A DNA stretch of 64,000 bases from Andalucia godoyi And28 (GCA_009859145.1 VRVR01000054.1:1-64000), one strand, 5' to 3'; shown: positions 8,283 through 19,580, counted from the stretch's first letter. Notes: a model not told the origin generated them from the sequence alone. Numbers and translations are program-made.

Positions 8283-11200
8283 TTATAGATGTTGAAGAAT
8301 TCTAGAAGATGTGAAACACGCAAGAGAGTAATCAAGCGTCGTGTCTTCATCGTCACCATCATCATCAACATCATATCCAGGACAATCCTCAAGGACCTCC
8401 AAGCCAGGACGAAAATCACTCCCTCCAAAAATCGAAAATTCGCGAATTGCATCTCGATCGACCATCAGTTCGGGAGGCTGCAAAGTATCTTCATCATCGA
8501 CTTCAGATTCGCTGTCATCGTCTCCGATGCCTTCGGTTTTCAAAATTTGCCATCGCTTGTCCTGCATCACTTGAATTTTCAACATGAGAGGACAGTATTC
8601 GGAGTCCAGAAAAGCCTCAAAAGCTTCGGCAAAGGAACTGCAGGCTTCCGATACCACACGAGGAGTGAATGCTTCTCTGCCGCCAGATGGCCATGGAAAA
8701 TGCAACAGCAACGTTTTTTCGCACCAGCGCTCGTGGTTCTCTGTCTGCTCAGGATAATACCCGTATGTCCAGTATTTATCAACCGGAATAACGAAATGTT
8801 GTCGCTTTCGCCCATCCAAGAAATATTGTCTCAGGGATTCATAGAAGGACAACTTGGAACAGCTGACATCCCTTGTTTCATAAGACTCTGCAGTTGTTCT
8901 CAGGCTGAGATCATTCTCCTCTCCGTCATTCTCACCAGGTAATGAAACATACCTCGATAAAGAAAACGAAATGAATTGTTCGGAACAATGTGACAGAGGC
9001 AAACCAAGAGTATGATAAGCAGCTTCCTGGTTTCCAATTTCTCTGTTGGACGCAGCAAGGAAAATCCTGCGATAAAGCGTTGAAACAGGAGCATTAGGGT
9101 TCGTGGAGTTGAGAAGATCGCTCGAGAGATCCTTCATTCTTTTGGTGCGAATTTCGCGCTTGGTAATGTACGCGACCACATAATTCTCGACTTTTCTACG
9201 ATCCAGAGGAAGTTCAATGCAGATATTGCACATCAAACATCTGGCCAATATGCGAATGTGCGATACGACACGCTCACCTCCGGGATTTCTGCGATATTCT
9301 ACTCTCGGTTGAAGCCACTTGTCGAACGTGATCTTCGTTTCCGCAGAAGGGGATTTTGGAAATTTTGAACGACATCTTCCTGCCTTCTTACAATAGTCTG
9401 TGCATTCATGCCAGAGAACCTTGTTCACAACATGAACGTAATGCGTCTCTTCTTCTCCTTCAGGAATGCTAAGGAAATCTACTTCGAGGCAATCCGGAGG
9501 CGGTGCTGGTCCACCAGTTGCTCGGCTACGAGATGGATCGGGATGCATTCCAGTTATTCCGACGATGTCGACGAATTCTCTCAAGCAGTTTTGAACAGCA
9601 GAAAGGTTCACTTTAAGCGCTTGTGGATCATGGCGTAGCCGAAATAGCGCTTCTGTAAGTTCGTCGACTTTAGGTGCATTTTCAATGAGGCCGATCCCAT
9701 GCAGGTGCACACTTGCACGCCCTTGAAATTCCACTCGATCCCAGAAGCGAGACATGCCGAGAAGCTCCTCCATCATTTCCCGAAATGCAACACAAACCTT
9801 TTCAAAGAAAGCAACAGCTACGTGAGGATTGGTTTGGACATTACGGCGTCGCCGCTGCCTTTTCGCGCCTGGGTCTCTCCCGCAAGTGGCGGCAAGCCAA
9901 GGTGTTCGTCCAATAACCGATGTACGTGGAAATTATAGTTGTCCGCAAAACTGACGGTATAAAAAACATTTGGAGATTGCGGCAATGATTGAACAAATGT
10001 CTTCGCATTAGCCCTTTGTCTGGACCAAAACTGGTCCGTTCCCTTGATGGTCCCAATGAACGACATGCAACACGAGGAAAGGATCCGTATTCTCTCAGGA
10101 GCATTGTCCGACTGAGCTCGAATGGCTTCCCGCAGATCACCAACCGTCTCAATTCCCTCCAGAGGATTTTTCTTGACAAAAACAGAAGCAGACGAAAGTG
10201 CTTGTCGACGAATGAGTGTACTCGTTCACAACATCCTCATAGTTGACAATGTGAACATACGGTTCGGATTGCAAAACACGGTCCGCAATGACGTCAGCCA
10301 CAGGTCTTCGAGACAAAATTTCTGAATTAATGTCCTGCACCCCAAGATGAACAACCTCGGGATCCGTGCCATCATCATCAAGAGGGCCGGCATTGTGAAC
10401 CGCTTCACAAGACTGGCGGTCGTGAGCTTCATTATTTTTCGTCAGAAAGAACTCTGGAACACCATCCTCGGGTAACGAATTGCAAACATCCATATCAATT
10501 TCTACATCTGCATAAGCGGGATTGTACAGATGACGACCATCTTCAGAAGATAATCCAGGCGGTCGATTGGTGCAGTCTGGTTGCGGGCTGGTCAGAAACC
10601 GCAAGGCATCTAACACGCATTGTCTTCGTACGTTGAAACGATGGAAATCTTGTCCATTACGGGCAAACTTGGTCACCATCACAATCCCGGCGTCGTGTGG
10701 AGCTCTTGGAAGCTTTTGCGCAACCTGCTTGACGTCATTTCTCAAAGAAATGCAGTGTCCGGAATACCCTAAATTGCCGCCAACTAGTCGGAAAACACGA
10801 ATCTGGGGAATGATGCGTGCAATCAGCAGAGATTCAAGATAGGTCAGTCGCTTCAATTCATCCGGGACTTCATCTCCAGGGTCCATGCCATTATCTCTCG
10901 AAAACTTGTAGATCGGACGATCCGCATTCAGCTTGGAAGATTCAGAACGACACCTCCCACAGAGCGTTGTTCCGGCAGAAACGCCAGATCGCTTTTTTCG
11001 AATGTCCGAATCAAACAACCGCTCTTTGCACGCTTCACATGGAGAAGAATCCCAGCAGAAAGCCGCAACACGCTCCGCGAAACGACGCGCGACTTGGTCT
11101 TTTTCAATGTCGGTCTGCGGAAGATTCAGAGATGCTGATCCGATACGTTGAGTCAGTTGAGGCGCTCCAGCCTTTCCCGCCATCGTGAATGTCTGCGGAG

Positions 11201-11374
11201 GCAAGGAGGGACCGACGCTGCCAGCTTCTGGTGCATGTTTCCGTTGGTAGTTGCATCGGCCTGTTCTTGTCGTTCGGCTGTCGTCAGTTGAGTATCAATC
11301 CGTTGACTGCTGGCTTTCTTCTGGTTCCTTCGATGATCGGCGACCGCCTGCTTGAAGGGTCTGCCGCGTCCCAT
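8283..11374 (-). pseudogene. Helitron Rep portion with two frameshifts and an internal deletion
   Basis: ATG 11374 (MGRGRP). Motifs CEAC/CGRC, LTYLESLLIARI, GYSGHCI, KLPR, GTDQFW, FYTVSFAD, NPHVAVAFF, RVEFQGRASVHLHG (HUH), YVVAYITK and REIGNQEA. Frame breaks at about 11297-11155, 10214 and 9860. Confidence 0.9.
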
Positions 11375-11932
11375 GACACTAGTCAAAGCTTCCGATGATT
11401 CACAACAGCAAAATAATTCATCTTGCGTTAAAATCATCAAGACACTAAGTAAAGCACAAAATGATGGGCAGTCTAGTGGAAGAATGTGGATCTGCCGTAG
11501 TCTACGAAAAATTTGCAAAAAAACCTGATTTTATATGTGCAATTCATGACATAGGCGGCCCTAGAACCCAGAATTTTAATCACTAAAACCTTATTTTTTT
11601 TTGGCATGTTTTAACATGAGGATAACTGCGTGAAACAAAAAAATCATTCCGTGCAAGGCGGCAAAAGACCGGTTTTTTGTCCTGTTTCACCAAACTGCGG
11701 CCAGGAGGAAAGAAGTCGCTTTGCATGACTACGGTTGTTCCGCTACGCTGTGACGACAAAAAAGAGACACTTGAACTTGAATAGCTCTGGTCTCTCAGGC
11801 CCGGATTGGTGGGTGGGTTCCATTATGTTTTCTGTTTTCTGTTGCTCATTATTTTGTTTTTGATCCGTCGTTTTTCATTGTAAGAAAATAACAATAATAT
11901 TGCTAGGTGGTTGGTTTCGGCTTTTTATTCTG

Positions 11933-12643
11933 ATGGAGTCTCGCTATTCGTTTTCTCTGACTACGTTTTCTCCTTCGGGAAAGCTGGTTCAGATTGAGTA
12001 TGCATTGAATGCAGTGCTTGCGGGAGCCACTGCGCTTGCAATCAAGACTGCAAAAGGAGTGGTTGTGGCGACAGAGAAGAAGGCGCCGTCAAAACTGGTG
12101 GATGAAACCACGCTTCACAAAGTATCTCAGCTGGATACGCATGTTGGATGTGTGTATGCTGGGATTGGGCCGGATTCTCGAGTGCTCGTCCGAAAGGGCC
12201 GCAAGTTTGCACAGGCATACAAGAGAACGTATGGGGAGCCGGTTCCCGTTCGAGAGCTCGTCCGAGAATTGGCCTATGTCATGCAAGAGTATACTCAGTC
12301 TGGAGGCGTGCGGCCGTTTGGAGTGTCTTTGCTAGTTGCTGGCGTTGATGCGCAGGGCTCCCATCTGTATCAAGTCGATCCGTCGGGATCGTACTTTGCG
12401 TGGAAGGCGTCTGCCATTGGAAAGAACATGGTCAATGCCAAGACATTCCTCGAGAAAAGATATGCAGAGGATCTCGAACTTGACGATGCCGTGCATACTG
12501 CCATCCTAACTCTGAAGGAAGGGTTCGATGGGCAAATGACTGGAGACAACATCGAATTGGGAATCGTGTCCACAATCGATGGAACGTTCCGTGTTCTATC
12601 ACCCAGCGAGATCAAGGACTATCTCGGCGAAGTGGAGGGTTGA
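11933..12643 (+). CDS. PSMA2: 20S proteasome subunit alpha-2
   Basis: [55 protein letters not shown]. Confidence 0.97.
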   Translation: MESRYSFSLTTFSPSGKLVQIEYALNAVLAGATALAIKTAKGVVVATEKKAPSKLVDETTLHKVSQLDTHVGCVYAGIGPDSRVLVRKGRKFAQAYKRTYGEPVPVRELVRELAYVMQEYTQSGGVRPFGVSLLVAGVDAQGSHLYQVDPSGSYFAWKASAIGKNMVNAKTFLEKRYAEDLELDDAVHTAILTLKEGFDGQMTGDNIELGIVSTIDGTFRVLSPSEIKDYLGEVEG

Positions 12644-12859
12644 TTTTCTTTATATATTTTTATTTTTATTTTAAATTTATTTTTGGTCCATTTCGAACCA
12701 AAAACAGAGAGTAATCAGAAGAAAGGGTCGCATCACAGGACGAAAAAGAAAAGAAAAAAGAAGTAATGATTACATAAACCTAATTATCTTTGTCTTTGTT
12801 TTTCCTTTCTTTTTTCAGTTGTGAAGAAGAACGCATCTATGGAAGAGGAGGGAAAATAA

Positions 12860-14599
12860 TTACATTATAATACACTTGCAACCTTTTTTCGGAGGTGGAT
12901 CGGGGTCGGAATGAGTATCCGGTTTGAGGTCTTCCGTTGGATGACCTGGGGTGACAATATCAGCCTGCGCACTGCTCGCCGACAAAGAACGCCGACCGGA
13001 ACTAGCGCCAGCAGAAGCTCCTGTTCCTGTTCCTGCTCCTGCTCCTGCTCCTGTCCCTGTTCCTGCTCCTGTCCCTGCTCCTGCTCCTGTCCTGGTATTG
13101 TTGACTAGCACCTCATTGTTGACGTCGTCGAAATCCTCTTCCCGCGAACTGGTCACCTGCCTGTACCGTGCGCCTCTGTCAATCCCGAGAGCCGACGGTG
13201 AGTAGAGCGAGGATGATGGCAAAGAAGATGTGCGTTGAAGGACGCTTGCATAAACACGGTTCTCGTCGTCGTCGTCATCTCCCGGCCGAAGTCCTTGATC
13301 GCTTTCGCAACCAACCTCGGCACGATCATCAGCTTCGGCAGTTTCTCCCATCATGGCCTGATCTGCCTGCGGAAGGCTCGACGTTGAGGCTCGACGTTGG
13401 TCTGGATAGACATACAAACCATGACCTCCGTCGTCGACAGAGCGTGTTTGACCGTGCGAGTTTGTCTTTTTGTGCTTAAGAAGCGTTTTCCGGAGAGGCG
13501 TGTCTGCGCCACTTCTTGGTTCCAAAGGAGGATGCGGAGCACTGTGCGGAACATGCGCCGAGCCGCCGTGACCAGCGGTAGGAGTCGCAAGCCCGTTCTG
13601 TGAAAGGCCCGTAGAATGCAAAATGGCATCGATGAAGACCTGGTTGTCGTATGCAGACCAGATACCATCAAAAGCTAGAGGAACGTATCGAAAACGGTCC
13701 CGTCCTGCATCGATTCCTGACTCCCAATCTAGCACCGGCAAATCCGGTTCCGACAAACCAAGTCTGGATTTTTCACCGAGATCTTCTTTCAAAAACAATT
13801 CCCGTATGTAGGCATAATCGGGCTCATCTTCATATCGCAATGATACTAAATGTTGATAAAACAAGCTAAAACAGAGCGGCAGGTTCGCGCAGAAATCAGA
13901 ATGTGGGATTGCCTCCTTGACCTTTCCAATGGCCTCCTTATCTTTGACCTTTCTCCACGGAAGATGCCCGACACACATCTCGACAAGCACGTAGAGCAGC
14001 GACCATAAGTCGTCTCGACGAGAAAGCTCTTCGCCGCGATGAGACGCCAACGAAGCGTACCTCGCTGTCCCTCGAAATCCCGCAGACGGCCTCGCGGGTC
14101 GCATTTCCCCTGTTTGAGTTCTAAACTTGCGAGCCAGGCCGAAATCAATCAAATATACATCACGGGAATTCGAGATGCCCACTACAAAATTTGCAGGCTT
14201 AATGTCTCGATGCAAATAGCCTGCTGAATGGACTTGCTGTATAGATTCTACCATTTGCGGTGCGATCCACAGAACAGTGCGAAATGCAAATCTCTGCGCC
14301 GGTGTCTGCTTTCGCAACTCGGCAAGATTCTCGCCCTGCCTGGTCATGATTAGGTACGACAAGTCGTCGGAACGGCCGGATGCAATGTATCGAACAATCC
14401 GCGGACAGTGCAGCAGACGCTTCAGCGCCGCTATTTCCAGTCGAAGGACCATTCGACGAGTGTCATTTCGCTCAATCTTGATAGCAATTTCAGAAGACGT
14501 CACGAGATCGGTGCCCACATATGCCTCTCCGAAAGCTCCAACGCCAAGCTTCTTACCGACACGGTATCTTTCACCGAGAACGGTCGACGGAGCAAGCAT
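12860..14599 (-). CDS. TTBK: CK1-superfamily Ser/Thr kinase, tau-tubulin-kinase-like, with C-terminal CaaX
   Basis: GVGAFG, HRDIKPANF, DFGLAR, FRGTARYAS, RRDDLWSLLYVLVE. Low-complexity tail ending GCKCIIM. Confidence 0.85.
   Translation of the reverse strand: MLAPSTVLGERYRVGKKLGVGAFGEAYVGTDLVTSSEIAIKIERNDTRRMVLRLEIAALKRLLHCPRIVRYIASGRSDDLSYLIMTRQGENLAELRKQTPAQRFAFRTVLWIAPQMVESIQQVHSAGYLHRDIKPANFVVGISNSRDVYLIDFGLARKFRTQTGEMRPARPSAGFRGTARYASLASHRGEELSRRDDLWSLLYVLVEMCVGHLPWRKVKDKEAIGKVKEAIPHSDFCANLPLCFSLFYQHLVSLRYEDEPDYAYIRELFLKEDLGEKSRLGLSEPDLPVLDWESGIDAGRDRFRYVPLAFDGIWSAYDNQVFIDAILHSTGLSQNGLATPTAGHGGSAHVPHSAPHPPLEPRSGADTPLRKTLLKHKKTNSHGQTRSVDDGGHGLYVYPDQRRASTSSLPQADQAMMGETAEADDRAEVGCESDQGLRPGDDDDDENRVYASVLQRTSSLPSSSLYSPSALGIDRGARYRQVTSSREEDFDDVNNEVLVNNTRTGAGAGTGAGTGTGAGAGAGTGTGASAGASSGRRSLSASSAQADIVTPGHPTEDLKPDTHSDPDPPPKKGCKCIIM
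13018..13093. repeat. Degenerate hexamer repeat (CCTGYT) encoding (G-A/T)n in the kinase tail
   Basis: Encodes TGAGAGTGAGTGTGAGAGAGTGTG on the minus strand. Confidence 0.85.
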
Positions 14600-15046
14600 C
14601 GGGAAACTCTGAGAGACCAATCAAGAGCTACTATGGACGATACTGTTTTTTTTTTCCCCTCACGTTGCTGAAGATCGTCGATTGAGGATGATTGCTGCGA
14701 TGCTATTGAATACGGAGTTAAGGAGCAAACTGAAAATCGAAAGAAGCTGGAAGATCCGCTATGTCGGTGTGTGGCAGAGCGGCAGAGGTGGCAAACCTTT
14801 GGGAAACTGAACGAGAAGCAAAAACGGCACAGTCAAATAACAAGCATCACAACCTCCACCAAGCATCAAGCGCACTGCCGGAAGGGTCCGGGACGAAAAC
14901 GTTCGTAGTCGTTGGTTTGGCTCTCCTGGCACATTGATTTTTTTATTTTATTTTACTTTTCTCGCTCTTGCTCTGCGGCTTCTCTGACTTTTTTGCGTGG
15001 TGCGTTTTTGGTGTGTTGTTGGGGTCCGGAAGTGCACAACTGGAAA

Positions 15047-17521
15047 ATGCCGATTGCAGGAACGACGGATTCGACTGTTTTCGTGCGGAATCTCCCGTAC
15101 GATGTGCTAGAAAAGGATCTTGAGGATCATTTTGCGCAGATTGGTCCAATCAAGAAGTGCATTCTTGTGATGGACAAGAAGACGGACAAGACAAAGGGAA
15201 TTGCATTTGTACAGTATCAGCTGCAGGCGGACGCAGTGCGTGCGGCAGAGGAGCTCAACGACAAGGAATTTGCAAATCGAAAACTTGGCATTGATCTGGC
15301 GCAGAGAAAAGGCTTCAAGCACGAGGCCACAGGCAAGCCTACCAGGAAAAGACCTGCAGCTTCAAAGCAACTTTCATCCGAACCTTCATCCAAACCTTTA
15401 TCCGAGTCTTTATCCGAACCTTTATCGGAGGTCAAATCAGAAGCAACATTGTCTGCGGATCCTTCCTCCCCAGCGTACAAGAAGAAACAAGACCCCAGGC
15501 CCCAAAAGACACATGTGCCGTTTGTGCCGGACCCTAATCAAATCAAGAAAATCAAGGCATCATGCAAGAAGCCGATGGACCAGAATGCGCTTGAGGTAAC
15601 TGGTCTTCATGCTTCAATGACAAAGAAACAGCTCTTGGAAAATATGATCAAGTTTGGCAAGGTTGTTTCGCTAGAACATGAGGATGGCCAAGCCGATGCA
15701 GTTGTGTTCTTTTCGAATCGCTTGGACGCACTGTCTGCTTTTTGGAACATTGATCGAAAGTGGTACCGCGGTGGAAAGGCAAAGTTCAATCTGCGCATTC
15801 CAGAGAAGGTCAAGAATGCTGTGGACCACTTTGCTTCAAACTCTCGATTGATTGTGAGAAATGTTGCTTTCCGAGCGACGGAGCAGCACATTCTTGATGC
15901 CTTTTCAAAGTACGGAACTGTTACCGAGGTGTCCATTGTGCTTGATGACCAGCTTAAGAACAGAAAAGGGTTCGCATTCGTTGCATTCCAAGAGGAGAGC
16001 AGCGCAAAGAAGGCCAAGGCAGGACTGAATGGCACAAAGATTGCTGGTCGCGAAGTGGCAATCGATTGGGCGGTTGAGAAACACGAGTACAGAAAACTTG
16101 CCAACGGTGAGCAAACAGCGGATACGGGAGATGACGGGGAGGAGCAGGAGCAGGAGCAGGAGGAAAGCAGTGAAGAGGAAGAAACCGACACAGACACCGC
16201 CGACACCGAAGATAAAGGCAGTGTTGTCGACAAATCATTGGCGAAGGATAGTAGCAAGGCACCCGTCGAAAAGGCTATTCGGGAAGACGACTATCTTTGC
16301 CTCTTGTTTGTCCGGAATGTTCCGTTTTCTGCAAAGGATGCAGACCTGAAGTCCTTCTTTTCGCAGTACGGACCCGTTCGATATGCTCGAGTGGTCGTTG
16401 ATAAGGTGTCGCTGCACTCCAAAGGATGCGCCTTTGTTTGCTTTGTGACAGCGGAGGGTGCACAAAAGGTGCTGGAATCTGGAACGAAAGCGTCGAATTC
16501 GACAAAGGCGGAAGCCGTTGCTGTGCACGAGGAAACATTTACGATTCCCTATTCGGACGGGACGACGCAATTGTATGTGTGCCACGGCGTTTCAAAGAAC
16601 AAATCTGCAGAGTTTGCGGAAAAGAAGAAACAGAAGGAAGACAAGCGGAACATGCATCTCGCGAAAGAAGGCGTCTTGGTTCTTGGAGGAGAAAAACTGG
16701 CTGATATGTCAGAGGCCGACCGCGACAAGAGAGAGAAGGCCTGGAGTGAAAAGAAGAAGAAGCTTGACAATCCGAATTACTTCATTTCCACCACGCGTTT
16801 GTCAATTCGCAATCTGCCGAAAGAAATTGGGGAATCCGATTTGAGAGAGATCATTCAAAACGAGTTAGGGACGCAGAACCTTGGGCTGAAGCAAGTCAAG
16901 ATTGTCACTGCTGTCGATCGAGGTCGTACCCAAAGTAGAGGCTTTGGGTTTGTGGAATTTTCGAATCCGGAAAAGGCTTCGGAATGTCTCAAAGTCCTGA
17001 ACCACAACCCCAAATACTTCTCTTCCAGTCGCCGCCTGATTGTGGAGCACGCCCTGGAGGACGCTAGAATGGTCCGGTTGTTAAAGAAACACCAGCAGGT
17101 GTTTGCGGACAAGAGCAAAGCGAGCGTGGACCGCCATCCCGCACTGCAGCAGCCAAGACAACATAACAGCGACGGCACTGTGAACAAAAACAAGGTGAAA
17201 CGGGAACGCCCGTTGGCACAACCAGTCGATCAGCCGCTGGCAGAGGCGATCCTGCGACCTCCTGAACCGAAGCGACGCAAGACTGAGCGCGACACGTTTG
17301 ATGTAACAGTGGATCGGTTGTTGGAACAGGAAGATGCCGCGCAGGCAGCAAGTGGGAAGAAGCAGAGGGACCGAAAGCGACCATCTCGTGAAGACCAAGA
17401 GGAAGTGCGATTTGACGAGCTTGTTCGGAGCTACAAGTCCAAGATTCAAGACGATGGTGCTCTCGCGGCTGCCTCGGCCGCGAAGAAGAGTCGATGGTTC
17501 GACGTTGCCGATGCAAAGTAG
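15047..17521 (+). CDS. RBM28: Multi-RRM nucleolar protein RBM28/Nop4
   Basis: TVFVRNLPY, LIVRNVAF, LFVRNVPF, TRLSIRNLP and SRGFGFVEF, with an acidic linker and basic C-terminus. Confidence 0.9.
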   Translation: MPIAGTTDSTVFVRNLPYDVLEKDLEDHFAQIGPIKKCILVMDKKTDKTKGIAFVQYQLQADAVRAAEELNDKEFANRKLGIDLAQRKGFKHEATGKPTRKRPAASKQLSSEPSSKPLSESLSEPLSEVKSEATLSADPSSPAYKKKQDPRPQKTHVPFVPDPNQIKKIKASCKKPMDQNALEVTGLHASMTKKQLLENMIKFGKVVSLEHEDGQADAVVFFSNRLDALSAFWNIDRKWYRGGKAKFNLRIPEKVKNAVDHFASNSRLIVRNVAFRATEQHILDAFSKYGTVTEVSIVLDDQLKNRKGFAFVAFQEESSAKKAKAGLNGTKIAGREVAIDWAVEKHEYRKLANGEQTADTGDDGEEQEQEQEESSEEEETDTDTADTEDKGSVVDKSLAKDSSKAPVEKAIREDDYLCLLFVRNVPFSAKDADLKSFFSQYGPVRYARVVVDKVSLHSKGCAFVCFVTAEGAQKVLESGTKASNSTKAEAVAVHEETFTIPYSDGTTQLYVCHGVSKNKSAEFAEKKKQKEDKRNMHLAKEGVLVLGGEKLADMSEADRDKREKAWSEKKKKLDNPNYFISTTRLSIRNLPKEIGESDLREIIQNELGTQNLGLKQVKIVTAVDRGRTQSRGFGFVEFSNPEKASECLKVLNHNPKYFSSSRRLIVEHALEDARMVRLLKKHQQVFADKSKASVDRHPALQQPRQHNSDGTVNKNKVKRERPLAQPVDQPLAEAILRPPEPKRRKTERDTFDVTVDRLLEQEDAAQAASGKKQRDRKRPSREDQEEVRFDELVRSYKSKIQDDGALAAASAAKKSRWFDVADAK

Positions 17522-17642
17522 ATTTGTAGAGACTTGATTATGATGGTCGTTTCATTTTATTCATTATTAATTAAAATAAAAAAGGAAATCACAAAGACGG
17601 CGGAGCAAACGGATTGCTTTATTTTATTTTATTTTATTTTTA

Positions 17643-18593
17643 CTATTGCATTTTACAAGATTCGTCATTGAACGGGTTGGGAACTGCGCCTGGAAGTGCA
17701 CCGCCGATCGAGTCCAGCAGCTCTTTGGGCGGTTGTCCGAGCGCTTGCAATTCTGTCATGACTTCGACCACCCTGTCCATTGGAGCATCTTGATCGTAGA
17801 GAGCGACCACTCTGTTGATCAGTACAATCTGTTGGCGATAATTATCCACTTCCTCGGGCTTCAACTTGCCGACGTTCGACGACAGCCAGTGTGGAAACTT
17901 GTCCGACAGCTCCGACATGGGCCCATACAGCACGTCCTTGGACAGCAGCTGGTTCATCATTGTCTGTAAAATCTGCGCGAATGCTGGGTCCGACTCCATG
18001 TTTTGCATGTCTGCCAACAAGTCCTGCGGCAGCCCTGCAGCCGGATCGCCCGAGCTTGCCGCGGCAGCCGCAGACTTCAATTGTTCCAGTGCACTTCGCA
18101 GCGATTCATCCACATTCTCCTGTCCACTTGCCTCATCCTCGTCTCCAAAATCATCTTCTCTCTCTGGAACCCTTGCAGCATGCCGAGAAGCTGACACACC
18201 ACCAACACCGCCAAGGCCTGGAATCGCGCCACCGCCCTGTGCGCCCAGCAGTCCAGAAAGAATGTTCTGGAATTGCTTTGAGAACTCGTCTAGATCCTTC
18301 TCGTCGAACACCGGGGCATTCGGAGCGTCATTGAATCCATCATCACCATCATCATCATCATCATCACCACCACCACCACCACCGTCATCAGCGTCGTCGA
18401 AGGAGGAGGCTGAAGGCTTGTCTGAGCGTGCAGATGAGTTAGAGCCACGAGGAACGGAAGCCGCGGCAGAAGAGGGCCCTCGAGGCGGATGCACAGTCGA
18501 AGTCGACGTCGACAGGCCTTCCTCGTCATCATCTTCAAACTCGGCAAGCGCAGACTCCAAGATGTCGTCCAGGTTTTTTCCGCTCCCACCCAT
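17643..18593 (-). CDS. PEX19: Peroxin 19
   Basis: LDDILESALAEF N-terminus, LLSKDVLYGPM, LQALGQPPKEL, CaaX CKMQ. Confidence 0.95.
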   Translation of the reverse strand: MGGSGKNLDDILESALAEFEDDDEEGLSTSTSTVHPPRGPSSAAASVPRGSNSSARSDKPSASSFDDADDGGGGGGDDDDDDGDDGFNDAPNAPVFDEKDLDEFSKQFQNILSGLLGAQGGGAIPGLGGVGGVSASRHAARVPEREDDFGDEDEASGQENVDESLRSALEQLKSAAAAASSGDPAAGLPQDLLADMQNMESDPAFAQILQTMMNQLLSKDVLYGPMSELSDKFPHWLSSNVGKLKPEEVDNYRQQIVLINRVVALYDQDAPMDRVVEVMTELQALGQPPKELLDSIGGALPGAVPNPFNDESCKMQ

Positions 18594-18890
18594 CTCCAGT
18601 TATCTCCAGCACTGCGATCCACAAATGGAAGAGGGAAAAGGTAGAAAATCGCACACACACAAAATAATGATTTTGCATATAAAAAAATTGAATAAATGAA
18701 AATATTTAATCGATCGTGCAGAAAAATCATGGAACTTGATTGACCAGTACGACTGGCGAGAAGAAAGGTGGTCCGGGTACTGTAGATGCGTATGCCAAAA
18801 ACAGGAAAGCATCTCTTTGCACTATTCGTTTCTTTAGTTTATTCGTTGTGCGTGGTGCTTGGTGAGAAGAAAAACAGGTACTTGGAAGAC

Positions 18891-19580
18891 ATGCAGATCA
18901 CCAGCGGTGCACCGTGGTGGGCGATTGCAGCAGCCGCAGCGGCAGCAGGCGTTACAGGCGCGCTGGCTGGACACTATTGGAACCGGCGCTGCACGCGGAA
19001 GAAGAACGCAGGCGCGAGCTTTCACGTGTACATTCCGTCCGTGTACGATGCGTCGGAAACAGACCCGCAATTGTGGCAGGAGATCGTCGAAAAGAACCCG
19101 TTTGTGCTGGTTGTGTCCACGGACTCGGCCGGCCATACGCATCTCGTATGTGCTGGGATTGTGTATTTCGTCTTGATTACGTCCGTTGTTTAACACCCTC
19201 ACTCACGAGTCGTTCATTCGCAATGCGGATGCTTATTGCTTACGTAGACGCAAATTCCAGTGATTGCGGTCGGAGATCGGCTGGTTGGGCATTTGGCAGG
19301 CGACAATCAGCATGCGGCGCTCCTGAGTGCCTCGCCGGATCCGAGCAGTGCGCATCGCATCCTCGTGTTTGGACCGCACGCGTTTGTTCCCTCCGGTGTG
19401 TACAAGACGCAGCCGCAAGTAAGCACATGGGACTACATCACATGTCATCTGGATGTCACGGCGACCCGCGTGTCGTCCAATCGCGCGACACTGGAAACGC
19501 TTGCACAACACTTTGAGCCTTCCTTCCAGTGGCACGACTATGCTTCTGCTCTCCGTATGGCCGTTCTTTTCTATTTCCTT

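Larger units (their letters stand above)
6579..11374 (-). mobile_element. Helitron RepHel coding region (decayed); element termini not resolved
   Basis: Zn-finger CxxC...CxxC, Helitron N-terminal motifs, HUH Rep motifs and a Pif1 helicase occur in the expected order on one strand. Confidence 0.92.

Noticed and set aside
4451-8285. Alternative genetic code explaining the in-frame stops
   Set aside because: Host genes terminate normally at TAA, TAG and TGA and have no internal stops. The island also has frameshifts, which points to decay or assembly error.
9840-9935. Programmed -1 frameshift in Helitron Rep
   Set aside because: No X_XXY_YYZ heptamer in phase. A single-base loss in an A run is simpler, and the gene has other lesions.
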